Position numbers and translations under genes: made by a program. Source: Syntrophales bacterium (GTDB lineage: Bacteria; Desulfobacterota; Syntrophia; Syntrophales; UBA6807). From it: a stretch of DNA of 64,000 nt. The notes beneath the pieces are model-generated. The model saw only the letters and a program-made list of their open reading frames with translations, ran no database searches and was not told where the DNA came from. The stretch covers positions 1-64,000 of the forward strand of contig JAXGPA010000006.1 of NCBI GenBank assembly GCA_040767195.1, in the 5' to 3' direction. Shown here piece after piece: positions 17,750-26,191 of this stretch; position 1 is the stretch's first letter; each line of letters begins with the position of its first letter.

Positions 17750-18082
17750 TCAGGCCTCCGTCAGCGTTCCGTCGGCCAGCCTGGCCAGGGCGTCCCGGAC
17801 CTTGCCGCCGGCGCCGAGAAAAATCCGGACACCCGCCTCCTTGAGCACGCGGGCGGACTGCCGTCCGATGTGGCCGGTTAGGACGGCGTTCACCTTTTTG
17901 CCGGCTACGATATTCCCGGTAGCCGTTCCCCGGACGGTTCACTGCATGGATCGTCCCTCGTTCGGAACGGCCTCGAAGGACAGCGTTTCAGGATCGACGA
18001 CCACGTAGTAGCTGCAGCGGCCGAACCGGGGGTCGACCAGGTCATCCAGTTCCGGTCCCGTGGACGATACGGCGATTTTCAT
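17750..18082 (-). CDS. NifB/NifX-family (COG1433) protein with in-frame UGA at codon 48; candidate selenoprotein
   Basis: Manual translation: MKIAVSSTGPELDDLVDPRFGRCSYYVVVDPETLSFEAVPNEGRSMQ[TGA]TVRGTATGNIVAGKKVNAVLTGHIGRQSARVLKEAGVRIFLGAGGKVRDALARLADGTLTEA. Family pattern continues on both sides of the TGA (17939-17941). RBS GAGGAG. Absent from the ORF track. Confidence 0.85.
17902..17925 (-). promoter_or_regulatory. Candidate bacterial SECIS element
   Basis: CGGCUAC-CGGGAAUAUC-GUAGCCG: perfect 7-bp stem starting 13 nt after the UGA, with G at loop position 2. Confidence 0.6.
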
Positions 18083-18266
18083 CGGTTTTACTCCTCGATC
18101 CGGCCGCGCTGGGCCGTTAGTCTTTTAAGGAAGCCATGCCCCGGCCGTCGTCCCGCCCGTCCGGGCGGGCGCCGGACTCCTGTCGTTACCACGAAAAAAG
18201 GGCGGCCGCAAGACGGTCCTTGTCATCAAGGATGTTTGTTCTTTTCCGCTGTTTGTGCTAAATTCC

Positions 18267-18295
18267 TTGACATGACTGCCCCTGGCGACTATTTA
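18267..18295 (+). promoter_or_regulatory. sigma70-type promoter for feoAB
   Basis: TTGACA-N17-TATTTA. Confidence 0.45.
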
Positions 18296-18337
18296 CTGGT
18301 GATTCGGAATACCGCTCGAGAAAGAAGCTGAAACAGC

Positions 18338-18586
18338 ATGACAACGGCAGGCCCTCTCAAACCCCTCACGGATATGAAAACCGATGAAACAGGAACCATC
18401 GTCGACATTCTGGGCGGTGAGGGCGTGACCAAGCGCCTGGCGGCCATCGGCGTCATCCCCGGAAAAACCGTGAAAAAGATCAGCTCCATTTCGGCACGGG
18501 GCCCGGTTACGATCAAGATAGACCGTGCCCAGCTCGCCCTGGGATACGGCATGGCCAGCAAGGTCCTGGTGAAAGCGGCCGGGTGA
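18338..18586 (+). CDS. feoA: Ferrous iron transport protein A
   Basis: PLTDMK..GTIVDILGG..KRLAAIGVIPG..GPVTIKI..LALGYGMASKV; directly upstream of feoB. Confidence 0.92.
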   Translation: MTTAGPLKPLTDMKTDETGTIVDILGGEGVTKRLAAIGVIPGKTVKKISSISARGPVTIKIDRAQLALGYGMASKVLVKAAG

Positions 18587-18590
18587 ACCC

Positions 18591-20315
18591 ATGAAGATTC
18601 TCCTCATGGGTAACCCGAACGTCGGAAAGAGCGTGCTTTTCTCCCGTCTCACCGGTGTCAGGGTCATCTCGTCCAACTACCCCGGGACCACCGTCGGCTT
18701 CACCCGGGGATTCCTCAGGGTCCGCGGGGAAAAAGCCGAGATCATCGATGTCCCCGGGTCCTACACCCTCGATCCGTCCTCGGAGGCGGAGCGGGTCGCC
18801 GCCGAGATGGTGAACACGGGGGACGTGATCATCAACGTGGTCAACGCCACGAACCTGGAAAGAAACCTCTACCTCACCCTGCAGCTCCTGGAACGGGACA
18901 TTCCCATGGTCGTCGCTCTCAACATGTGGGACGACACCCGGCACAGGGGCATCGATATCGACCTGAACCGCCTCGAGGCCCTCCTGGGGGTCCCCGTGGT
19001 GCCCACGGCGGCCATTGCGGGGCAGGGCGTCCGGGAACTCGTGGACACCCTTCCCCAGGCCCGGCGGGTCGCCAACCCGCCCCAGAGCCGGGACGAACGG
19101 TGGGTCCGGGTCGGACAGATCATCGACCAGGTCCAGCAGATCTCCCACAAGCACCATCGCTGGTTCGAGCGTCTCGAGGACGCCAGCGTCAAGCCCCTGT
19201 CGGGTTTTTTCATCGCCGCCGCCGTCCTGTCCTTGTCCTTCCTGGTAATTCGATACCTCGGGGAGTCAATCATCGGTTACGGCATGGACCCTCTTTTCGA
19301 GGGCCTGTGGCTTCCCGTTCTCGACCGCTTGAGCGCTTTTCTCGGGGGCGGCGGGATTCTGCACGACGTTCTCATCGGGAAAAAGATCGACGGCGCCATC
19401 GATTTCGTCCAGTCCTTCGGCCTGCTTTCGAGCGGCCTCTACGTCCCCTTCGCCATGGTCCTGCCATACATCGTCTCGTTCTACCTCGTCCTGGGAATTC
19501 TCGAGGATTCGGGCTATCTCCCCCGGCTCGCCGTCCTCATGGACACGGCCATGCACCGGATCGGCCTCCACGGGTTCGCCATCATCCCCACCCTTCTCGG
19601 CCTGGGCTGCAACGTTCCCGCCATCATGGCCACGCGAATCCTTGAAAGCCGGAGAGAGCGGTTCATCGCCGCCACCCTCGTGGCCATCGCCATCCCCTGC
19701 GCCTCTCTCCAGGCCATGATCGTGGGCCTCGTCGGGGGAAAAGGGTGGGTGTACCTGGCAGTCGTCTACGGAACCCTTTTCCTGGTCTGGGTGCTCCTGG
19801 GCGCCATCCTGAACCGGGTCCTGTCGGGTTTGAGCCCGGAGCTTCTCATCGAGATCCCCCCCTACCGGCTACCGCCGTGGCACCTTCTTTTCCAGAAACT
19901 GTGGATGCGGATCTGGGGCTTTCTTCTCGAGGCCGTTCCAATCGTTCTCGCGGCGGTCCTCGTGGTCAACCTTCTTTACCTGACCCATGTCTTCAGCCTT
20001 CTTGCCGATCTCGTGGCCCCCGTCGTCACGGGCGTCCTCGGCCTTCCCCGGGAGGCCATCACGGCTATCGTCGTCGGGTTTCTCCGGAAGGACGTGGCCA
20101 TGGGCATGCTCGCCCTTCTCGACCTGGGCGCGCGGCAGCTGGTCGTGGGAAGCGTCGTGCTGGCCATGTCCTTTCCGTGCATCGCCACTTTCGTGGTTCT
20201 CCTTCGGGAACTGGGCCTCCGCGACCTCATCAAATCCACGGCCATCATGCTTTTTTCCGCCGTTGCCGTGGGCGGGCTCCTGAATGCCATCCTGTCTCAA
20301 CTGGGAATACACTGA
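18591..20315 (+). CDS. feoB: Ferrous iron transporter FeoB (short form)
   Basis: G1 GNPNVGKS, NYPGTTV, DVPG, NLERNL, NMWD; membrane motifs LEDSGYLPRLA, GLGCNVPA, PCIAT. Confidence 0.95.
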   Translation: MKILLMGNPNVGKSVLFSRLTGVRVISSNYPGTTVGFTRGFLRVRGEKAEIIDVPGSYTLDPSSEAERVAAEMVNTGDVIINVVNATNLERNLYLTLQLLERDIPMVVALNMWDDTRHRGIDIDLNRLEALLGVPVVPTAAIAGQGVRELVDTLPQARRVANPPQSRDERWVRVGQIIDQVQQISHKHHRWFERLEDASVKPLSGFFIAAAVLSLSFLVIRYLGESIIGYGMDPLFEGLWLPVLDRLSAFLGGGGILHDVLIGKKIDGAIDFVQSFGLLSSGLYVPFAMVLPYIVSFYLVLGILEDSGYLPRLAVLMDTAMHRIGLHGFAIIPTLLGLGCNVPAIMATRILESRRERFIAATLVAIAIPCASLQAMIVGLVGGKGWVYLAVVYGTLFLVWVLLGAILNRVLSGLSPELLIEIPPYRLPPWHLLFQKLWMRIWGFLLEAVPIVLAAVLVVNLLYLTHVFSLLADLVAPVVTGVLGLPREAITAIVVGFLRKDVAMGMLALLDLGARQLVVGSVVLAMSFPCIATFVVLLRELGLRDLIKSTAIMLFSAVAVGGLLNAILSQLGIH

Positions 20316-20334
20316 AAACGAGGGGGCTTCTTCC

Positions 20335-21240
20335 ATGCCGTCCCTGGAAAATGAAGAAAAGGTTTCCGAGATGTCCCTCCGGACCGCCACGGCCCTGGAC
20401 ATCCTGAAGGACGGCGCCGGGAACTTTCTCGTCAACGGCGACATGAACATGGCCGCGGCCATCGCTTTCTACTTCATCCTTTCCATCGTCCCGCTTCTCA
20501 TGCTCACCATTTTCGTCGCCGGTTTCTTCTTCGGGTCGAACCCCCGCTTCATTGACGATCTCGTCGGCATGATCCAGAAATTCCACCCCTACTTTTCCGG
20601 GGACATCCTCCGGTACCTGGACGAAATCCAGAAAAACATGAAGGTCCTGGGGTCCGTGGGCATCATCCTGCTCACCTGGTCGTCCTCCCTCATCTTCGAC
20701 TCCGCCCAGACGGCCATGAACGTCATCTTCCGCTCCGACAAGCCCCGGAACTTCCTGGTGTCCAAGCTCATCGCCATCGCCATGATCCCCGTGGGCTGGG
20801 TCATGATGCTCCTCATCATCGGAATCACCTACCTGGGGGCCATGATGGAAAGGAACCCCTTCTTCCTGGAAACCCTGAACCTCCCCCTGCTCAACGTGGT
20901 TTTCGGGGTGCTTCTGCCCTTCCTCATCACCATGGTCTTTTTCGCCATCGTCTACAAGGTCATCCCCACGGTAAAGATCTCCTGGGGAAACGCCTTTTCC
21001 GCCGGGGCCCTCTTTTCATCCATGTCCGAGGCGGGCAAGCACGTCTTCACCTGGTACATTTCCAATTACGCCAAGTACCGCCTCATTTACGGGTCTCTCG
21101 AAACGGCCATGGTCTTCATCATCTGGGTATTTTACGTTGGCGTGATGCTTCTTCTGTGCGCCGAGCTCGTCGCCTCCTACCGGAGGCGGGACCTCCTTCT
21201 CCTGGAAAGCCTCTTCCTCAAGTCGGGGGGCCGGCGATGA
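20335..21240 (+). CDS. YihY/virulence factor BrkB family membrane protein
   Basis: AAAIAFYFILSIVP, AMNVIF, YKVIP, YRLIYGSL..WVFY..LLLCAE. Start uncertain (20335 or 20371). Confidence 0.85.
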   Translation: MPSLENEEKVSEMSLRTATALDILKDGAGNFLVNGDMNMAAAIAFYFILSIVPLLMLTIFVAGFFFGSNPRFIDDLVGMIQKFHPYFSGDILRYLDEIQKNMKVLGSVGIILLTWSSSLIFDSAQTAMNVIFRSDKPRNFLVSKLIAIAMIPVGWVMMLLIIGITYLGAMMERNPFFLETLNLPLLNVVFGVLLPFLITMVFFAIVYKVIPTVKISWGNAFSAGALFSSMSEAGKHVFTWYISNYAKYRLIYGSLETAMVFIIWVFYVGVMLLLCAELVASYRRRDLLLLESLFLKSGGRR

Positions 21241-21851
21241 AGACCTACGAGCGGCTACTTCGGAAATTCGGAAAGGTCTACCGGAAGGGCGCCTACGTGT
21301 TCCGGGAAGGGGAAACGGGGCGGGAAATGTATTACATCCTGTCCGGGAAGATCCAGGTGGAGAAAAGCACCGGCCACGTGAAAAAGGTTCTGACGGAAAT
21401 GGGGCCCGGGGAATACTTCGGGGAGATGGCCCTCCTAGCCGACATCCCCCGGAGCGCTTCCACCCTGGCCGTGGAAGACAGCGTCATCGCCGTCATCAGC
21501 GAAGACACCTTTCACAGGCTCCTGCGAGAGAGCACGGGTGTCTCCCTTCTCCTTCTCCGGGAATTCTCCTACCGGCTGAAAAACACCACCGAGGCCCTGG
21601 AAGGCATGAGCCGTTCCTGGCTCAAGCTCCTGGCGGTTCTCTATTTCATCAAGGAGTGGCCTTTCCCCTCTTGCCGGGAGGCCCTGTCGGCTCTTGCCGC
21701 CGTGACGGGGCGGCATGTCCACGAGATCATGGAGATCATCGCGGAACTCGAGCGGGATGGCGTGATCGCGTTGAAGGAAGACGGCGACGTCGGCGCCTTT
21801 CACCGGGACCGGGCCTGGCAGTACCTGGAAGAAGGGGCAAAGGAAGGCTGA
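21237..21851 (+). CDS. Cyclic-nucleotide-binding (Crp/Fnr-like) protein with C-terminal wHTH-like segment
   Basis: VFREGETGREMYYILSG..GEYFGEMALLADIPRSAS. ATGA overlap with the YihY stop. Confidence 0.85.
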   Translation: MKTYERLLRKFGKVYRKGAYVFREGETGREMYYILSGKIQVEKSTGHVKKVLTEMGPGEYFGEMALLADIPRSASTLAVEDSVIAVISEDTFHRLLRESTGVSLLLLREFSYRLKNTTEALEGMSRSWLKLLAVLYFIKEWPFPSCREALSALAAVTGRHVHEIMEIIAELERDGVIALKEDGDVGAFHRDRAWQYLEEGAKEG

Positions 21852-21881
21852 CGTTTCCGGGCGGGCCTTCGGGACCGGTCC

Positions 21882-22376
21882 TCACCCGGGTAACGGCCCC
21901 GCGGCGACGACATCCTTCAGAAAGACGACCTTGTCGTCTCCGGGCCGGTAAAAGTCCCCGAGTACCGCGGCAACAGCGTACCCGTGCCTCCCGTAGAAGG
22001 CCCGGGCGGGACCGTAGGGGTCGGTGGAAGACGTTTCCACGTAGATTTTACCGCCTCCCCGCTCGCGAATGGCCGCCTCCACGAACCGGAGGAGGGACGA
22101 TCCGACGCCCTGTCCTCCCCTCTTTTCGTCCACGGCTATCCAGTACAGGTCGTACCGGCCGTCGGTCATGGGAATGGCCCCGAAGCAGACGTACCCCGCG
22201 AGATCCGTTCCGGCAAAACACCCGTAAGCCTCGTAACCGCTTTCCTCCCCCTTCTCGAAAAACGCGTCGAGAACCTCCAGGGCCACGGGGATCTCCTTCT
22301 CGTTGAAGACCCTTCTTCGGACGAGGATGCGACGAACCGCCTCCCGGTCCCCCGGTGCCAAAGGCCGGATGATCAT
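21882..22376 (-). CDS. GNAT-family N-acetyltransferase
   Basis: LYWIAV..RGGQGVGSSLL acetyl-CoA motif, IYVETSS, ARAFY..GY. Confidence 0.9.
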   Translation of the reverse strand: MIIRPLAPGDREAVRRILVRRRVFNEKEIPVALEVLDAFFEKGEESGYEAYGCFAGTDLAGYVCFGAIPMTDGRYDLYWIAVDEKRGGQGVGSSLLRFVEAAIRERGGGKIYVETSSTDPYGPARAFYGRHGYAVAAVLGDFYRPGDDKVVFLKDVVAAGPLPG

Positions 22377-22377
22377 G

Positions 22378-23370
22378 TCAGGCTCTCCCCAGGGCGAAAT
22401 CGAGAAGTTTCCCCACCAGGGCCGGAAATTCCAGCCCCCGGGCGGCCGCCGCGGCGGGAAAACCCGCGTCGGGGCTGATACAGGGGTTGGCGTTCACTTC
22501 GAGAACCCGGGGAACGCCGTCGGCGCCCAGGCGGATGTCCACCCTCCCGTAGTCCCGGAGACCGAAGAGGTCGAAGGTGGCCCGGGCGGTCTTCCCGAGA
22601 AGGCCCGCCAGCTCCCCGGGCAGTTCCGGGAAAACGCGGGTCGTGTGGCCGTACTCGAAGGATTCCGCATCCCACTTGGCCCTGTAGCCGACTATTTTAT
22701 AGAGTGTCTCCGGAAACCTGTCAAAGACGATCTCCGCCGGGGGAAGAACCTCCGGCTTGGGAAAGCCGAGAAGGGACACGTTGAATTCCCTTCCTTCGAT
22801 GTACTCTTCCACGAGAAGGTCCCCGAAGCGCTCCAGGAGGCCGTCGAGGGCCTGCCGGAGAGACCCTTCGTTCCGGAATACCGATTCCTGGTCGATGCCG
22901 ATGCTTCCGTCCTCGAGGCGGGGCTTCACGAGAACGGGATAGGGGAGAACGGAAAAATCCGGTCTTTCCTTTCCGGTCACGGGAACGGACCGGGGCGTGG
23001 GGATCCCCGAGGCTTCCAGGAGCTTCTTCGACAGGACCTTGTCCGTCGACAGGGTGATCGCCGTGGACGGCGACCCCGTGAAGGGGATCCCGAGAAGTTC
23101 CAGGACAGCGGCAGGGTGGCCGGCGAACCGGGGATTCTCGTCCACCGTTTCGCAGAGATTGAAAACGGCGCGAAGATCAAGGGACAGGAGATTCGGGAGA
23201 ACGTCTCCCAGGTTCTCCGTGAAGGGAACGGGGAAAGGGACGTGACCCATTTCCCGCAAGGCCTTCTCGACGGCGCCGGCCTGGACGAGGACGTCTTCCG
23301 AAGAAGCGGAAAAATCATAGTCCCCTCTCCGGGGGACATTGTGCACAATACCGATGCGGCAGCTTTTCAT
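22378..23370 (-). CDS. D-Ala-D-Ala-ligase-like ATP-grasp enzyme (paralog 2)
   Basis: VFNLCE, LGIPFTGS, DKVLSK, PVLVKPRLEDGSIGI, EEYIEGREF, DYGRVDIRL, LEVNANP. Start set at ATG 23370. Confidence 0.88.
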   Translation of the reverse strand: MKSCRIGIVHNVPRRGDYDFSASSEDVLVQAGAVEKALREMGHVPFPVPFTENLGDVLPNLLSLDLRAVFNLCETVDENPRFAGHPAAVLELLGIPFTGSPSTAITLSTDKVLSKKLLEASGIPTPRSVPVTGKERPDFSVLPYPVLVKPRLEDGSIGIDQESVFRNEGSLRQALDGLLERFGDLLVEEYIEGREFNVSLLGFPKPEVLPPAEIVFDRFPETLYKIVGYRAKWDAESFEYGHTTRVFPELPGELAGLLGKTARATFDLFGLRDYGRVDIRLGADGVPRVLEVNANPCISPDAGFPAAAAARGLEFPALVGKLLDFALGRA

Positions 23371-23393
23371 GACGGGTTTCCGTTTTCGGGGAA

Positions 23394-24368
23394 TCAGCGA
23401 TACCGGGCCGCGGCGGCCTCGACAATCCCCCCGATGAGGTCCCGGTAGGACAGGCCCGTGGCCGAGGCGAGGATGCAGAGATCCGAATGGACGGGGTGAA
23501 GCCCGGCGAGCGGGTTCACTTCCATGAAACAGGGCATCCCGCCGCCGTCGGAGCGGAGGTCCACCCGGCCCCCGTCCCGGCAGCCCAGGGCCTTCCACGA
23601 GGCCAGGGCGACATGGGCCGCCTTCAGGGCTTCCCGGTCTTCCACCAGCCGGTATTCGACGAGGGTCTCGTATTCCTTCTTGTTGTGATAGGAGTATGCG
23701 GCCGGTTCGGCATGCCCCCGGAGAACGACTTCCAGGACGCCCAGGGACCGCGCCTTCTTACCGTTTCCCAGGATGCCCACGGTAAACTCCCGTCCCGGCA
23801 GATACGTCTCCAGGAGGACCGGCTGGCCGTATTCCCGGAGCATGGAGAAACAGACCTCCCCGAGTTCCCCTTCGTTTTTTATTTTAGACCGGGCGCTGAT
23901 GCCCTTCCCCGTCCCCTCCGCCACGGGCTTGGCGAAGAGGGGGAAAGGAAGGGTCACCGACGCGATGTCATCGGGATCGTCGATGACGGCAAAAGGCGCC
24001 GTGGGGATGCCCCGGTCGCGGATCACGTGCTTGGCCATCCCCTTGTGGAGCGTGAGGGTCAGCGTCAGGGGATCGGAAAAGGTGTACGGGATGTCGTAGG
24101 CCTCCAGGAGGGCCGGAACCTGGGCCTCCCGCCCGAATCCGCTCACCCCTTCGGCGATGTTGAAGACGAGATCCCACCGATCCCCCCGGGCGAGGCGGGA
24201 CACGAGGCTTTTCACGTGGCCCACGCGGTCCGTTTCGTGTCCCAGGGCCCGGAGGCTCTCTTCGATGGCCAGGACGGTGTCCTCCCGGTCGAACTCGGCG
24301 GTCTTTTCCTCCGACATGCCGAGGGCAAGATAATCCGCCCGAAGATCGTAGGTCATTCCGATCTTCAT
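23394..24368 (-). CDS. D-Ala-D-Ala-ligase-like ATP-grasp enzyme (paralog 1)
   Basis: AEFD..T, VFNIAEG..GREAQVPALLE, PLFAKPVAEGTGKGI, ETYLPGREFTV, GRVDLR, MEVNPLAGL. Confidence 0.88.
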   Translation of the reverse strand: MKIGMTYDLRADYLALGMSEEKTAEFDREDTVLAIEESLRALGHETDRVGHVKSLVSRLARGDRWDLVFNIAEGVSGFGREAQVPALLEAYDIPYTFSDPLTLTLTLHKGMAKHVIRDRGIPTAPFAVIDDPDDIASVTLPFPLFAKPVAEGTGKGISARSKIKNEGELGEVCFSMLREYGQPVLLETYLPGREFTVGILGNGKKARSLGVLEVVLRGHAEPAAYSYHNKKEYETLVEYRLVEDREALKAAHVALASWKALGCRDGGRVDLRSDGGGMPCFMEVNPLAGLHPVHSDLCILASATGLSYRDLIGGIVEAAAARYR

Positions 24369-24371
24369 GGT

Positions 24372-25748
24372 TCAGTGGGACCTCGAATAAGGGCTGTCTC
24401 CGAGAGGCTCGCCGACGGTCCCGCCGTCGTGGTACCGGTAGAGTCCTCCTTCGTAGTTCCGAAGGACGAGGTCGTCGCCGTCCCGTCCCACCACGTAATC
24501 GGGCATGACGGGGATCTTCCCGCCCCCGCCGGGGGCGTCGATGACGAAGGTGGGGACGGCGAACCCGCTCGTAAAGCCTCTCAGGGCCCGGATGATCTCC
24601 ACGCCCTTTTCCACGGGGGTGCGGAAATGGGAAGACCCCACGATGGGGTCGCACTGGTAGAGGTAGTAAGGCCGGACCCGGATCTTCACCAGGCCCTGGA
24701 CGAGCTTCCGCATCGTTTCCCCGTCGTCGTTGATGCCGGCCAGCAGGACCGTCTGGCTCTGCAGGGGGATTCCCCCGTCGGCGAGCCTCCGGCAGGCCTC
24801 TGCCGTTTCCGCCGTCAGTTCGTCGGGATGCATGAAATGAACGCTCACCCAGAGCGGATGGAACCGTCTCAGCAGGCGCACCAGGGACGGCGTGATCCGC
24901 TGGGGCAGGACCGCCGGGGTCTTGGTCCCGATTCTCAGGACTTCCACGTGAGGGATCTCGCGGAGCTTCGCCAGGATCCACTCGAGCTTATCGTCGGGCA
25001 GGGTCAGGGGATCCCCCCCGGAAATAAGGACGTCCCGGACCGTCGGCGTGGCGGCGATGTAATCGATGGCCTTCTGCCAGCGTTCCGGTGTGGGGATCCG
25101 CTTGTTCTTCCGCCCCACCATCCGCGAACGGGTGCAGTACCGGCAGTAGGTGGAACAGAAGTCCGTGGCGAGAAAGAGAACCCGGTCGGGGTAGCGGTGA
25201 ACGAGACCGCACACGGGGCTGTCTCCCTCCTCGTGAAGGGGATCCTCCGCTTCCCCGGCGGAATGGATCTTTTCGTCGATGAGCGGGACGACGGCCTTCC
25301 GGATGGGCTGAAGGGGATTGTCCCCTTCAAGAAGGCTGGCGTAGTAGGGCGTCACGGCAAAGGGGAAAGCCCCTTCCCGGAGACGGAGGGCCTGCCGCTC
25401 CCGGTCCGTCAGCCGGACAATCTTTTCGAGTTCGCACAGGCTGCCGATGGTGTGGCGAATCTGCCAGCGCCAGTCGCTCCACTCCCTGTCCGTGGCGGCG
25501 GGGAAAAAACGTTCCCGGAAACGGGCGGCTTTCTCGCCGATCGGAAAGATTCGCGACGCCGTTGTTTTTGTCTGGGAAGCGAGGGGATTCTCCGTTCCCG
25601 TCGCGGGAACGGACAGGTGAGGCATCGGTCCCCCTGCCCCGGGAAGCGTGACGACCTGCCCGGATCTACCTGGAGGTTCGTCTTCTTCGACGGTTTTCAG
25701 GGAACCGGGAGGTTCGACATCATCCACCATGACGACATCGTTGGCCAT
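24372..25748 (-). CDS. kamA: KamA-family radical SAM/PLP enzyme (lysine 2,3-aminomutase-like)
   Basis: W.DWRWQ, GLVHRYPDRVL, CSTYCRYC, SGGDPL, YYLYQCD, VPTFVIDAPGGGGK. Confidence 0.92.
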   Translation of the reverse strand: MANDVVMVDDVEPPGSLKTVEEDEPPGRSGQVVTLPGAGGPMPHLSVPATGTENPLASQTKTTASRIFPIGEKAARFRERFFPAATDREWSDWRWQIRHTIGSLCELEKIVRLTDRERQALRLREGAFPFAVTPYYASLLEGDNPLQPIRKAVVPLIDEKIHSAGEAEDPLHEEGDSPVCGLVHRYPDRVLFLATDFCSTYCRYCTRSRMVGRKNKRIPTPERWQKAIDYIAATPTVRDVLISGGDPLTLPDDKLEWILAKLREIPHVEVLRIGTKTPAVLPQRITPSLVRLLRRFHPLWVSVHFMHPDELTAETAEACRRLADGGIPLQSQTVLLAGINDDGETMRKLVQGLVKIRVRPYYLYQCDPIVGSSHFRTPVEKGVEIIRALRGFTSGFAVPTFVIDAPGGGGKIPVMPDYVVGRDGDDLVLRNYEGGLYRYHDGGTVGEPLGDSPYSRSH

Positions 25749-25909
25749 TTTTTCTCTTCTTCCTCCTTTATCGGCCCTGGCGGGCCTGTTATGGTGACGC
25801 AGGTTGCCCCGGCGTTCCTTTTAAAAGCTTTTTGCCGCGATTCTTTTTGAAAACGCGGGTCTACACCTGGTACGCTCAGCCGGCGCCACCTCTGATTGCA
25901 CCCTTTATA

Positions 25910-25925
25910 TGCAACGGTTATACCA
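25910..25925 (-). promoter_or_regulatory. sigma54 (-24/-12) promoter of the kamA operon
   Basis: TGGTATAACCGTTGCA (GG-N10-GC), about 160 bp upstream of kamA and just downstream of a bEBP gene. Confidence 0.8.
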
Positions 25926-25978
25926 TGGAGTTAAAAGCCTGTTTTCAATGTTTATTTCAGGATGGCTTTTTTTGACAG

Positions 25979-26114
25979 CGGAACCGCGGATTCCGATTTT
26001 TGCGACCACCAAGCCCGGAACAAGAGGATCATTTCCTAAGTATTCAGTTTTATTGAAACTAAATAAATCGGAACTTATTGTTCTCATTACCAGGAACAGG
26101 AACCAGGAGTTCCG
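25979..26114. promoter_or_regulatory. Three imperfect palindromes CGGAAC-N5-GTTCCG (putative upstream activator sites)
   Basis: 25979-25995 CGGAAC-cgcgg-ATTCCG; 26069-26085 CGGAAC-ttatt-GTTCTC; 26098-26114 AGGAAC-cagga-GTTCCG. All lie in an AT-rich spacer upstream of the sigma54 box. Confidence 0.65.
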
Positions 26115-26191
26115 ATTAGTCGGGCCGTTCCGGAATCCGGAAACGTCCGTGACGGGCGTTCATCACCTTTTTTGATCCCGAACGGTCCGGC

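Noticed and set aside
17328..18008. ORF-track ORFs 17328-17942 (-) and 17700-18008 (+) as the gene between panB and feoA
   Set aside because: Both are off-frame or antisense to the NifX-family frame 17750-18082, which has an RBS and family motifs.
18083..18337. Fur box between the nifX-like gene and feoA
   Set aside because: No convincing GATAATGATAATCATTATC-like AT-rich palindrome could be found by eye.
22378..24368. Housekeeping ddl or Van-type resistance ligases
   Set aside because: They lack the D-Ala subsite motifs and have no mur/fts or vanHX context; they are coupled to kamA instead.
24372..25748. EpmB, AblA or lysine-fermentation KamA
   Set aside because: No efp/epmA, no AblB-length acetyltransferase and no kamDE/kdd adjacent. 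A moonlighting role cannot be excluded.
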